The position numbers and the translations under genes are program-made. Under the pieces are notes generated by a model, which saw nothing but the letters and a program-made list of their open reading frames with translations, was not told the origin of the DNA and made no database searches. Shown piece after piece: positions 14,001-29,000 of a stretch of 64,000 bases of DNA (position 1 is the stretch's first letter; each line of letters begins with the position of its first letter). The DNA is from Mytilus edulis (taxonomy: Eukaryota), in NCBI RefSeq assembly GCF_963676685.1, contig NC_092351.1:6944001-7008000 (forward strand), in the 5' to 3' direction.

Positions 14001-17000
14001 TTTCACAGATAAATTCAATATCGAAATATCAGTTTATTTGCTTTTTTTAATCTGCAATATGCACGATTTGCTTTGCTAAACAATTTTCATATACAATGTT
14101 TACAAAAATGCATTTCATAACTGTATTTTATAACTTTTGACAATCTAGGCACACCTCCAGAGAGGAACACCCAATAGTCGTTTCTATTTGTAATTATTTT
14201 AATTTTCAGCAAGTAGTTACAAAATCTTTAAGGCACACTCTTAAAGTAAATCTGTTTTGTATTAATCAATATCTAAAAATACCACATTTTCAATACTAAA
14301 TCAACAACCATATGCACACACATTTTACCTTAAATTATGACAGAACGAAGCAGTCCATGGCTTTTTAGAAAGCTCAAACTTGTTGCTTCATTACTTTCAA
14401 TGCAAACAGCTATGACGGCTTAGTTTGATTACATTAATCATTACACAGGCGTAAAACCGCATATCCTGTTTATTTTAATTCATTTAATGCACATCTTTAT
14501 ATCCTAATATGTGAGTTTAGTCCACATACAATTTATAAATTCCGGGATCATTGACATTGTATTTTGGTGTTTTGCTGGACAGGATCTATTAGGAAATTTA
14601 ACAACTAGTATTTAGAAGTTATTTAAATATTTATGAATTTTGTATTTAATGTGAAATAATAATGAAAAATGGTTCAAAGAACTAAAATATTCATTATAAG
14701 GTTACAAGAGATGTATTAAATGCGTAACACCTCCATCAGGAGGGAGGTAAAGGATTTGCCGTTGGTACAGGTCTTTCTTTTGAGGAATCAACCCGAACGA
14801 TACCAAATTTCATTTTTGGTTTAAGAAATAACATAAAACCCTGTGTAAGATCATTATTTTCTTTTGATTAAAATTTACTTGAACATTTCATTCATTTGAT
14901 AGTGTTAGTGTGTTGTGGATTAAGGCAAAACAATCCGTTTATGGTCTACACATCTTCAGATTTTATTAAGAATTTTCCCGTTTTTATTCACGTTTATTAT
15001 CATCTCTTTACTAATTATTAGATAAAACTGAATTACTTTTTTTTTATTGTTTTCGTAGTCAGTTTTTGTTTTATGATATGTATCAACATCTCATAAACTT
15101 TTATGTCTTTACATAAATAATTAATGTTATGTAGTTTTGAATTTCTGCATTTATTATATTTTGCAATATCCGTAAAAGACCATTTTCACAGTCTTGATAT
15201 CTACATTTAAGAAAAATAAGGACAGTATATTTTTTTTTTTAGAAAAAACGGTTTGTTTATTAGTTGTAATTGGCTTTCAACTAGCTGCTAGTAACTGCTA
15301 GTATTCTTATTTCGGTGTATTGCGTATTTTGTGTTTCGTAAGTTGTATAATCTTTTCTGGCAGAGCCAATTTACAGTTCGTTTTTGTGTTGTGCTGTATC
15401 AGCATTGTCACATGTAACGGGGAGAAGTAAGCGCTCACACATATGTCTACTATTAAAGAAAAATTGTTGATTTTATTGGAAGTTCTTTTGACTTAAGAAG
15501 AACAGGTTTTGATACTGCTATTTATTATCAATGTGTTTGTTGTTTGATATTTTAATTATGTTTTGGCTCTGATTCTGAATGCGCCTGTCCAAAGTCAGAA
15601 GACTGTAATACAATGGTTATCGTTGTCTGTCATAGTTGTATTCGTAAATTGTTTTGTTATAAATTAGGCTGCCAATTTTGTATAATTGAAATGTTTCACA
15701 TTTTTTATGCTGGGACCTTTTTTAGCCGACTATACGGCCTTTCTCGGTGTTGAAGGCCATACCCTTGTCTATTATTGCTTACATCTACCTTATTTAAACT
15801 TTGGTGGATAGTTGTCGCATTGACAATGATACCACATCTCATAATATGTGAATAATAGAAAGTACTTACTTGATGGCCAAGAATAATCATCCACAATTTC
15901 GAAACGATAGCTGAGTTTGAAGCAGAAAAATATTTTTTTTCTCTATGGACCTTATTATATGTAAATGAGTATTGGTATTAATGAAATTGATTTCAGTGAA
16001 TCACCGTTCTTGGTAAAAGCTTGTTTTCCCTGTAGAAATGCATATCAACAATCTATAGAAACTGATGACTACTTGCTTATTTACTAAGTTAGGCAGGATT
16101 TTAGCGTCACAATCAATGACGACATTACAGCCCACTTATCACTCATAAAACAAGATAACACTGATTGAGTAACAACTCAAGCCATTGATATCAATTTTTG
16201 AAATAGCAAGTCAGATTGAATACGGAAAATAGTAGATATAGGTGTCTGAATTAGATACATTAACATGATTAAGTTTATATTTATTGGAATATGTTTTGGC
16301 TGTTTTAATAACATGATAACAAACTGAATTAATATCATCTGTATCAAGTAGTTCATATTTTGATATTTTCTTCGGTGGATATATTTTTGTGAATAAAATG
16401 TTTATAAAATAGACATGGTTTTTCAAAAACCTTGCACAAAGAGCTGGAATCAATCTGCGTATATAATAGTGCTTACATAATCTATTGAGGTAATAATCAA
16501 AACAAACGTTGTGTTTAGAGAAATCAACTTTCAGTTCCTGTTCTTTTTTTTAAAGCCTATGAACTATCATATTATTGTGCGAAATAGATTACATATAGCA
16601 TCAAAAACAAGATTTAGTTTTGTTTAGTATTGGTGTTCGTTTCAAATTTAAAAAAAAATCCTTGACAGGATAACAATATTTAAATTTTAACATTTATTAT
16701 TAAAAACAAAATAATCAATAAAGCACCCTTTTTTGGATACTATTGGATACTTGACAATCATACATCATGTCCTTAATTTATATTGTCAGTCTAAGGAAGA
16801 ATTTTAATCGTTAACATTGGCAGAATACATGTATTAATCATTCATTTCTGCCAATGGAAACATCCATCGACAATACGTTTGTGGTGAAATGTATAATTGC
16901 ATATTGTCCTTGAAACCATAATTATGGTTAAGTTATGTTTCTGTGATTTTTGTGGTGTAATTCAAACTAACTTAGGAATGAAAACGGTTGTTTCGTAGTT

Positions 17001-20000
17001 TGAGAATAACATTCATACTAATTTTCTAATAACTCTGTCTTCCTAATCATCACATGTTCACATGGACTATTTCCTGACGGAGGAAATAATTATACGAAAA
17101 ATAAAGAGAAAACATGTAATGAAATGTATATCTCATCAATTACTCGGTGCTTAATTTGAAAATAATGAAAAATAATTAACCAGACAGATGTTTTGATATT
17201 AGAATATATTACAGCTTAAAGTACATATATTTGAAACCCCTTGTAGAAAACATGATGTGATAATTAACATGATATGAATAAGAATATAACGTTTACAGTG
17301 TAAAAAGATCGGTACTTTTCTATAAAACAAACATATAGGAACCTGTTGTTTGAAGTGGTTGTCGTAGTTTGTTGGGGGTTGAGAATCATTAGCGATTTCG
17401 TTTTTTCTTTTTTATAATATAGATTAGACTGTTGGGTTTCTTGTTTGAATTTAATTGTTTTACACAATTCTTTTGGAGTCCGTTATAGCTTGTTGTTGGT
17501 GTGAGCCAAGACTTTGTTTTAAAGGCCGTACTTTGACATAAAAAGTTTACTTTTTATCTTTTTTGTGACTAAGATAAAGAGTTGGCACTTATTCCACATC
17601 TTTTTATTTATATTATAAGTTGCACTTTCATTTAAGTCAATCTTGTATAAAATGAGATGTGGGGAAGACTTTATTAAACATCTGAAGGTTACATATTGTC
17701 TTTAATAGTAGCTAAGTGCAGTTAATTTCAAATAAAGTAATGCGTTGGTTTTCTAATTTATAGACATAATGGTGTTTGAGTTTATCGTCAATATCTAACC
17801 ATGGGAGTAAAATCAATATATGTTCAATCCACCACTTTCTGCATTAGAAAATGCCTGTACCATATGTACCAAGTTAGGAATATGACAGTTGTTGTCCATT
17901 CGTTTGATGTGTTTTGTCATTTGATTTTGCCTTGTTATTTTGGACTTTCCGATTGAATTTTCCTCGGAGTTCTGTATTTTTGTGATTTTACTTTTATCAA
18001 TATAATACTTCCATGATCCAACACACTTTTATAAAGTTGTCTATTTACCATTGTAATGTTAAAGTCACGAGTAACACTTTTAGCAGGAACTTTTTTTCCC
18101 GTTCTAAAAACAATATCCCAGTTTTGGGAGGGTTCCTCTTACAAAACCTTCAGTTTTCTCTACGTTGGCATTGTACTTGTTGTCTAAAGCTATGCAATAC
18201 AATGTCAAGGTTTCAGTCTTGAATTGCGTTGCTGTATATGATTATTTTTAGCAAGCTGAATTAGAAATCAGGCAATCATTTTATGTTCTTTTTAACTGTA
18301 TTTATTAACCTAAAAAAGAATGAAAGTGAAAGCATATCCCTTTGCAGATTTTCTGTCGCATTAATTTTTTTTTCTTTGAAATATTTTCCTTCAAATATGG
18401 TTTGTATTATGAAGTTGTTCTGTACAGCTGAATATAATACAGAAAGTTAAAAAAAAAATGATGACATGTATTTCGATAAAAAAAAAGACTTTGTAACTAT
18501 TTTGTGTTTTACAAAATTTAAGTCAATTGGATTACGCTAGTCATGTCAGTGTTGAGGTTAATACTAACAGAACAGCACTTTGAGTTTTACCTGAGTTATG
18601 AATATCTTTAAAGATTTAATATACTCATTTGCACCTTACAATTCGTCTACAATTATTTTATATTATATGAATTTCGTGCGTCTGGAGCCTTTTCGGGGAT
18701 TGTCGTTCACAAGAAACGTTCAAACCCAAATATTAAAAAACATAGATGTAAGAAGCTAAATTACAGAATGGACATGAACAGAACTTGATAATCATTTTTG
18801 ATGAAATATTCAATACAAACAGAAAGATGTGGGCATAATAAAAGCATGCTAAATATTAGGTTAAAACCGGTCTTAAGTCGTTTATAATTTATTAATGCTG
18901 TCAAGTCACAATTTCAGAAATTTGGAAAGTCATTGTAAATATTGTAGCCATGGGGAGACATCACTACTTAATTGATAGGAGGTACCGCTGAGGATCTGTT
19001 ACCCCACCCTTTTCATATAATTTAGATATAAAACTGTCACCTTTTCCTATATTGTTTGGGTTTCTAGTTTCAAAATTAGGAAATAATGTGTGTACTTCAA
19101 AATATACAAAAATGAAATGATTGAACTACTACATAATACTTTTCACTTTTTCTATTACCCAAAACTAGATTTCTTTACTCTTGAATCTAATGAACTATTT
19201 TACTGTAAAAAGTAATGCTCTTCGTTTTTCTTTTATTAATTAGTTTTAGATTTTTAAATATGTATGCCGGGAGCATATGAAGAGGTATTTATAGTCGAAA
19301 TGCGGATCTTAGCAGTAAAACTGGTATTGTTAATTTTATTTCTTCAGATTATTCATATCTCGTCATATAAAAAATTCTTTACTTGTGATGAAATTTTAAA
19401 ATGCGGCCAATTTCGTGTATTTTATGCTGGCAAATAACATGTGTTCTTTGAAATCCAAGTCGTTACAGATAATTCGCGAATATCGAATTATTTGGAAATT
19501 ATAAGATTCTATTCATTTGAAATTTTCCATAGTACATTTCGTGTTTCCATGTTTTGATGTCTCATTGTAATGTTATAGTTACATCTTTCTTTTCTCAGGT
19601 TTCAGTTGAATATAACATTTCATTAGTAACATAATAAATTCTTCCTGTTTATTGCAAATGAAAATGAAAACTCTTTCCTGATGGAGGATATCATTGTAAA
19701 AAACAATATGCTGTTCCTTTGAACAATCGTGATCTTATATCATGTTATATATACATTGTGAAAAAGTAATTTATCAGCAGCCTTTTTGATTAATAACTGT
19801 AAATAAAAGATGAAAATAGCCCAACATTACGATTTAGAGAAATTCTAACAGAAAAATTAAAATATTAACCAATAAGATCGGGGTATTCATGTTATATTCA
19901 GTCTATAAACTGACTTAAAGAATCAAGTGTCCCCCTCGCCCACAATCTTCTTGACCGCGTGTCCCTTCGTCAATATCAAAATATTGATTTGTTTAGATTT

Positions 20001-23000
20001 TAGTTTTATAACATTACTGTTATAACTGTGTTAAATTGCAAGCTAAACGAATCCATACAATGTCGTCCTAAGAATCCCTTTTGGCATATTGGTTTACATT
20101 TGCACAATATATTACGTATTTGTGAATAGAAAGAATAAATCAGACAGATTTCGAAGCATGGTGAAACACATTATGATTATTATTTTAAGTGTATCACCAT
20201 GACATTTCTGTCTTTTTTCATTTTTTAGCTCACCTGGCCTAAAAGGCCTAGTAAGCTTTTCTCATCACTTGGCGTCCGGCGTCCGTCGTCGTTAACTTTT
20301 ACAAAAATCTTCTCCTCTGAAACTACTGGGCCAAATTTAACCAAACTTGGCCACAATCATCATTGGGGTATCTAGTTTAAAAAATGTGTGGCGTGACCAG
20401 GACAACCAACCAAGATGGCTGCCATGGCTAAAAATAGAACGTACGGGGTAAAATGTAGATTTTGGCTTATAACTCTAAAACCGATCATTTAGAGCTAATC
20501 TGTCAAAGGGATAACTTGTTTATCAAGTTAAGATCTATCTGACCTGAAATTTTAAGACGAATCGGACAACCGGTTGTTGGGTGGCTGCCCCTGAATTGGT
20601 AGTTTTTAAGGAAATTTTGCGTTTTTGATTATTATCTTGAATATTATTGTAGATAGAGATAAACTGTAAACAGCAAATAATGTTCAGCAAAGTAAGATCT
20701 ACAAAAAAACCAAACATGACAAAACTGGTCAGTTGACCCCTTAAGGAGTTATAGCCCTTTACAGTCAATTTTTAACAATTTTCATAAATTTTGTAAATTT
20801 TTGTAAATTTTTAGCAAAATATTTTCCTCTGTAACTAATGGGAAATACATCACTCCGGTTTCTCATTGTAAGTGGCAAGAATGTCCAGTAAAGTAAGATC
20901 TACAAACTCATCACCATCACCAAAACACAATTTTGTCATTAATCCATCTGTGTCTTTTGTTGAATATGCACATAGACCAAGGTGAGCGACACAGGCTCTT
21001 ACGAGCCTCTAGTTTCACCAGAAAATTGTCAATTTGTGTACGACGTATGAGGTTTTTGTGTCAGTTTGTTTACGACGTATGAGTTTTTTTTTTAAATATT
21101 CCTCAAGTATCTTCATTCTCTCTTTAATCCGCTTTCATTGGTATTGGTGATTTTGATTACGTTCTTTATCTTTAATTACAAAAAAATATGATATGAACCG
21201 TTCTATTGAGTGGCCTTTTAATTTGAACGAGACATCTAGCCAAAGCAAGTGCTTACGACTTATAAAAGCTTAAGGGACACCAACTTATACGCATATAATA
21301 TAAGGAGAAACGGATCACCCATAGAAAACCATTAATTGAGTAAAAGCATCATTGTATAGAAGTTAAAGTCTAAATAGATGGATCTAAATTACTATCAAGC
21401 ATACTTCCTTGTCTTTCACTAAACATGTATAACACGAACATTAATGCAGAGGTGGGGAACGACACGCGAACATATTAGGTTGAACTATAGTCATAATAGA
21501 CAAAAATGTATGCATTTCATTTGTAACATTATAACTTCTTCCTCTTTACTGCAAATGAAAAATGAAAACTCTTGCCTGATGAAGGATAATACGCTTTTCT
21601 TTTAATAATCGTGATCCTATACATAACTGTATATACAATATCATGGCGTGGGGCTTTCAATAAACAATGCAAGTTTTAGTTAATTCAAAATGTATACCAC
21701 CAAAATACCATGGCCCATTTTTTATATATTTCCCCTTATAAATAAACTCTTTAGAATGTGATGAGGAGTTGTGGATATTTTATACTGAACCCGGATTAAA
21801 AAAGCTAGTTAAGTTTGGTTGGTGGATAAAAAAAAACAACTAGGAATTTTCGTCCTCCGGATAAGTACACTGGCTGAATCAAACTACTGTGTCATGTCTG
21901 TCTGGCAGGTTTTATATGTCATTGATCTCATTTTCATAGTCAATGTAAAGATTATTGTGGTTTCATCTGTTTCTTAGGTATTATAATCACTAGGTCAAAT
22001 ATACTTGATTGTTAGGTGTTTGTTTGTGCTGTATTTCTGTAATGAAGTGTTATCATTTGAGCGATATTTGTTAACATTGCCATATAAGCGGGAGGTTTGG
22101 CTACCCATAAAACTAGATTCAATCCACTATTTCATCGTAGAATGCCCTGTACCTAGTCAGTAAAATGGTAGTTGTTGTCAAATAGTTTGTTTCTTTGATT
22201 GCTGGCGTTTGTTTTTGTTACTTTAGAGCTTCTGTTGTTCCTTTGTTTTTCTCTCTCAGTTAATGTTTTTTCTTCAGTTTTCTCTCAATCGATTTATAAC
22301 CATTAAACAGCGATATATTACTGTTGCATCAAAAAGGTTTATTCATTCTTTACGTGATTTTGAATATGCTTAATATTTTGCATGAGGTCATTCTTTTTGT
22401 GAATCCCCATATCATGCAGGAATTGGTTGTTGTTTTCATTGAATCTATTTCGTTCTGGAACAGTTTTATCATCAGAACGGGACAACAAGGTTCACAAACG
22501 GTTAACATCGGCCCTTAATGTTTGATGTTTTGTTTTCAAATTGGTTACATATTTCAAATATAAACAATACAATTAAGGATGAGGTTAGGTAAACATTAAG
22601 AAATTAAGAAATTAAAATTGATACTATGAGCTGGTAAAGCATCAATTAAGGATAAAGATAAGCTAAAAATATTGATAGGTCATGGACCTCCTTTTCGGGA
22701 TATTTGAGATTTAAAATATGGCGGGAAAAGGCTGACTCGGACTTTTACCTTATATTTGCATTGGTATTATTTGGGTCTTAAAACAAAAGAAAGAAAATCA
22801 AGAACTTAAATTTTGGTAAATGATTTTTAATGAGCTATTAAGTCTTATATGAGAAAATAAACGGGTGTTATGGGGCAAAATATTTTACACTTTATTGTAT
22901 GGTAAACACCACGGATATTTGACACAAATTCTAAAACCTCACCTAAGTATATGTTTTTTGCACCCTCCTTTAAAATTTATGAAGCTATGACACCTTAAAT

Positions 23001-26000
23001 AAACATTATTTGTATTTAAAGGTAACTTTTATTCCATAATTTTAATTGTTTTTGGCACAATCAACCTTGGCCGACATCTACGAGCCAAAAAGTGTTTATA
23101 TTGAAGAATTCTGTATCAAAATTGGAATCTTTTGATTACAACATATTTTTGATACTTTTATGAAAAGAAATGATTTGTTTAGCATTAAAGGGGCTCCTGG
23201 GTATAAATCAATTTTTTTTTCTAATATAGGATTTCGCTATATTATTTTTATAAATGAACTTTATCATATACTTAAAAGAAAAATGAAATTAAAAAAATCG
23301 GGTCACCGTTCATTTAAGGTCACAATCTACCTCACATACATTTTTGTTAATGTCCTTTTTTTCTGTTGAACTAATAGGAGAAATAGAGGTAATATCGAAA
23401 TAAAAAAATAACCTAATTACAGAAATCGCTTAAATTTTACAATTATTTAGTTGATGTACAGCTTATATGAAAACAATAATAAAAAATATAGGTCACCGAT
23501 GAGTTAAAAAAAATATTTCAAAGGAGTAGGTCCAGTAAGACCCCTTTTTGACCCTAAAATAAAGCAGTTTTACAAAATTGTTAAAATGTAATCTTTTGGT
23601 TACTTATTGGACAGTAAAATGCTTCTGCTACATAAATATGGGCTGTTTTTGACAATACAATGCACATATATCGGGTACTAACACCATTTGATCATGCTAA
23701 ATTAATGAAATCTTCACAATCCTTGCATTTTAGTTAATTTTTAGACGGTTTTCATGTAAAACGAAGGTGGCCGCATTTGTGTTCATCCTTAATATTGAAA
23801 TGTAAGTTGTATTTGATGATAATACATAACATATATAAAGGTTGAGGATGAACACGAATGCGGCCACTTTCATTTTTGACAAAAAGCATCTGAAAAGTGA
23901 CATTTTTCGGCATTTTGATAGATTTTTTCATATTTGAGCTTGAATCATATCGTTTTGAATAGCTAAATCAGCTAAAATCTTTCACATAAACTAATTGAAT
24001 CAAATGAAATAGCCACTTAAGTGTTTAAAAAGTGGTCAAAATCTTTCGTCAGATTAACCTGAAATTTGAGGCCAAAATCGGTCCTTACCGGGCCTAGTCC
24101 TTTAATGCCAAAAAATGGCATTTTTGCACCAAAGGGAGATAATTTGGAGCTTTTTCAATGATATAAACATTTTAAAAGTCATCTGGGGCCAAACCGAATC
24201 GATTTTTTGAGTTGATTTTTTTTACCTTATCATAAAGTAATAACTAATAGTGTAATAAATAAAATTTTTAATGAAAAAATTAAGGTTCAATTTTTTGCTA
24301 AAATTTTTGTACCCACGAGCCACCTTAAGACTTTTGGAATAAACCCATTTACGAACCAACATGTGGCCGTTTTGGGATTTATGATGAAGTTGATATGTAA
24401 GGCCATTTTTTGCCATAAGTGAACCTTGTCCTTTGCCAAACAATAGTGTTTTTACTACCTTTCTTCCATCTCCTTTACGATGTATTATGTTATATATAGA
24501 ACATGACACAAGTACAAATAACAAGTTTTATTTTCTAATTTGAAGCCACAAAACAAACAACATACATCTAATTCTAAACAATGTAATACACATAAAATAA
24601 AATATTACAAGTATATTACATGGAACTTTGTGTAAAATATTAAAGACAACTGGTATACAAGTATATTACATGGAACTTTGTGTAAATTAAAAATCGGTGT
24701 TCATGTGTAGTACCACCATTGATTTCCCGTATCAATTTTTGTTAAATTGGAACTTTAAAAAAAACCGGTGCAGAATTCATATTTGTATTAAATAGAGAAA
24801 TATTTTGCGTGAGTAGAGATTTATCCTGTCCAGTACTATGGAATAAACTTCACATAATCTTTCATTGCATAAAGGAAAATAACAATCACTGATGGTTAAC
24901 CAATCAAAGTTGCACACTTTTTTCTTACTGTAAACAAGCTTTAGTATCCCTGTAACTTCAAGTTTCCAAAATATTCTATAGAAACACCAAATAAAAAAAA
25001 AAATAATGGTGCTTTGAAACACACATTTGCAAGATATATGTAGATGACACAGCTTTTATTTACTGCAATGAAATGTGCAGACGATTGATTGATTGATTGA
25101 TTGATTGTTGGCTGCTTAACGTGGCAAATATTTCATGCATATTTAGGAAAAGAACAAGTTAACAATAAATACAATAGGTAGATACTGTCATAATAGAGGC
25201 CATCCGGGATAATGGTCGGGGAAATTTGGAATGCCACTGGAAAATGAGGGTATATTGGATATGGACTGAAATTTTGCCTTATAACAGGTCACCTACGGAC
25301 CCAAATTTATTTTTTATTTTTTAAGATTACATATTTTGAGATAATTACCAATGCATATAAGATATAAAGAAATCTATATATATGATATAGGGTGGTTTAA
25401 TTAAACACATTCATGCAGGTTTTATTCCTAAATAAGGAATTAATTAAAAAAATGTTACAGAAAATTTTCAAAACAAAAGAAATGTCACGAAAAATGTAAA
25501 TTCACAAAAATACAACGAAAATATAAAAAGTTGGACTTAACCTGATTTTGTACATAGCTAGTCGCATAGAGTTATATCAAATTGACCATTAAAATCAAGT
25601 AGAGATGTTCGATATAATAATGTTAACCTATACTTGATATTACCACAGTATACATACTTGATATTACCACAGTATACATACTTGATATTACCACAGTATA
25701 CTTGATATTACCACAGTATACTTGATATTACCACAGTATACTTGATATTACCACAGTATACTTGATATTACCACAGTATACTTGATATTACCACTACATG
25801 TAGTTTGAATTAAAATAATAAATTTCTTAGGCTGAAAAATGAGTTAGACAATTTACCTTGCATCTGAAACGAAATGAACATAATTGTCTCATTCGCAATG
25901 ATCATAACTTGCTTTGGCGGGAAAAGGATTTAGACAATTAACCTTGCATCTGAAACGAAAATACATAATTGTCCACTTCGAAATTATACCACATCTTCTT

Positions 26001-29000
26001 TTCTAGTATAAAACATTGCACGCATGCTTCAAGGCATGCACATTTTGAGAAGTATGTTATTTTTCATCAAATATACTCATTTTGGAAGCATCTTTGACAG
26101 TCTTTTTAGTCCATTGTAAAACTCGATATCCAGAAAAGCGTAGATGATTGGATTAGCGATGCTATTGATAATATACGATCGATAGAACCATACCACAATA
26201 ATGAGCTCCATCTGAGTAAGATTATCCCAGAACTCCGGAATAAACCCTTCTAACATCACGATTGCCCCAACTGGCAAATAACAAACTATAGATACACTGG
26301 TTACTACTACAAACATCAACGAAAACTTGGTCTTAAACCGCCTGTTTCTTTTGTTACGGGTATCTTTTCTGCCACTTGTTGAAGGTTCCTTTTTGGAAAC
26401 TGTAGACTCCACTGATGGTAACTCTGGTTTTATGTTCTGTGTATCAGATTTGTTGTTTCTCTGCAATGCTTCATCATTATGATGATCTGTTGATGGAAAG
26501 TTGACGTCTTCTTGGCTGATTGAGTTAATCTTTATCTCGCATGTCTTTGCTGGGGTATCTTCTGTTCGGTCATTTGATTTCTTATCGGATAAGCTTCTCG
26601 TATATTCTCTAGACGATTCTTTCATTTGCAATTTCTTCTTTTTTGACTGAGAATTAAAATACCCGAATATTGTGCAACCGATTTTGCCATAAAAGACGAC
26701 TAGACATGTGCAAGTCATTTGCATAATAACTCCGAACACAATGGAGTGCGCAACCGCAACATAGTAAACATCTTCTCGTTTGAGTCTGCCACATCGTTGA
26801 CCCCCTGATCTTCCTTCAATAGAAAACTCATTGATACCGTACGTCAATGTGAATGGTATTGCCATACCTATTCCAAGGATGGCAGAAACACCAATCATGA
26901 TTCGGCGCTGCAACAAGTTCAGTTGATACCTGCGACATATCAATAAATATCGTTGGAATGCAATGCAAAGGAAAAGGAACAGACAGAATGATGCGCTGCT
27001 TGCAATTGAAAACAGGATGACTTTACAAAGGTTATTACTTGTAAAACTCGATTGTAGGGAATTCCATATTGTACAAGTTATACAACCAACGATCGTCGCC
27101 AAGATATCTGCCCCAGCTAGAACTGGAATAAAGTATCGTTCTGTAGAAGTGTCCTTCATTTCCAATTTATACACAGCCACAACAATAGCATTCCCTATTA
27201 CTCCTATAACCATGCAGACGGCTAAAAACACACTGTTACCAATCAAGTACGTCTCAACAACCTTTGGCCAGTCTTCAAGGTCGTTTGTTGCATTAAGCTG
27301 CATATCTTCTATGACACTTTCATTAGCTTCCATGATGGAGGTGTTCATTCTTATATCGCATATATACACAATATATTAGTCTGTGCCTATAAAATTAAAT
27401 TAAGAAAAAACTAGATATATAAATGATTAAATATATGCATCAAGAGACAAATAGTTAAAGTCTAACTTCGGATATGACTGTTATCCTCTTTTATCTGGAA
27501 AATTATATAATAGCAAAGTTCAGTAACACAATTGATGAATAAGGTACAGAATGAAAAAAAATCAGTATAAATAGTTACATACAAATTGATAAATGCTAAA
27601 GTTTTTTTTAAATATACACTTATATACATACTTTACCTTTGGGTGTCTTAATGCAATCACATGTATTGGTTGTTTGGTTGTAAGTTAACTTATTCTTTAT
27701 ATAACCCTCGCATCCTTCACGTCAGAGAAAGGTGGCTATCCAATAAATGACTGATTTCATAATTGAATTTGATATATGATAGTTGTACCATCTTAATGGA
27801 GGTAATTGTCTCGTCAATAGTGTATAAATTACGAGAAACCACTAATAACAAAACCCTTGAAGATAACGGAAGAACTGGTATAGCTTTTAGATACCCTTGT
27901 ATTATATAACTATAAGCTTGCCATCTTATATTTATATAATTTGTTTATGTGAAAGAATATTAAAAAATCAACAAAAGGCACTAATGAGTAGGAGTATGAA
28001 AGAAAGAGAGGCAAAAGATACCAAAGGGATATCATGAGTTGAAAATAGTCAATGGCATGGCAAAAAAATACAAAACGACCAAACAACAATCAACAGTATA
28101 CGGAAAAAAAACAACATAAAAAACAAGTACTGAGCAACACAACCCCACTAAAACCCGAAGAAAGTATGTGTGGTTTTTTATTTATAAATTTATCTTTTAA
28201 TCAAAAATATGCAAACCTAAATCATGCCTTGTATACAGTGAGAAATTGAAATAGTTACAGAAAAGAAAAGAACATAAATGATGATCTACATTATGATAGA
28301 TTTTAAAGTTTTTATCTACATACTTTTACCTGCCTGAATCTAATCACATTTATAGTCTGTAAGCGCTTTGACAAGAAAGGTTGTCTCCACCTTATTTTTA
28401 ATTTACATTGTTACCCATGCATCCTTTACGCCAGAGAAGGATTTATCCCCAGATAATTATTTGATATAAGATACTGAAGTTCGATTAATGAAGGTGTTAT
28501 TCCCAGAATATTATACTAAAATCCATCAATATAAAGGAAGTATATTTTTGACATATCATATAATTTCGCTATGCAAACGGATTAGAGAATGATTTCAATT
28601 AGTGTCTATTATTAATGAGTAATTTCATCTTTAATTTGACATCTGATAGAAAAGGTCGTGTTATGAAGTCATTATTGTCATAGTAACATTCTGAAACCCA
28701 AGAAAATAACGGAATTATATGTTGTACATTATCTCATGTAAACTTGTCATCAAGCAGTTACATAACATATTATTGTAATCAGAGATGTCTCAAGTTTAGC
28801 AAAACAATATTATAACTGCAAATTAGCGTTAGAAAATGTTTGTTTGTCCCTCAACGGGATTCGAACATCTGCATCTGAGACATCGATCAGCATGTCAACA
28901 TAAATCGTCACTGGTCTACGACCTTTCACTTAACGTATTATTTAGATATTGGTCGATGCACTTTGTATGAATGCGTACGATAAGAAACTTCTATCGTTTT

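Noticed and set aside
26963-27379. 138-aa + strand ORF and the other short ORFs overlapping the GPCRs
   Set aside because: These are antisense or off-frame shadows of the GPCR CDSs with no recognisable features.
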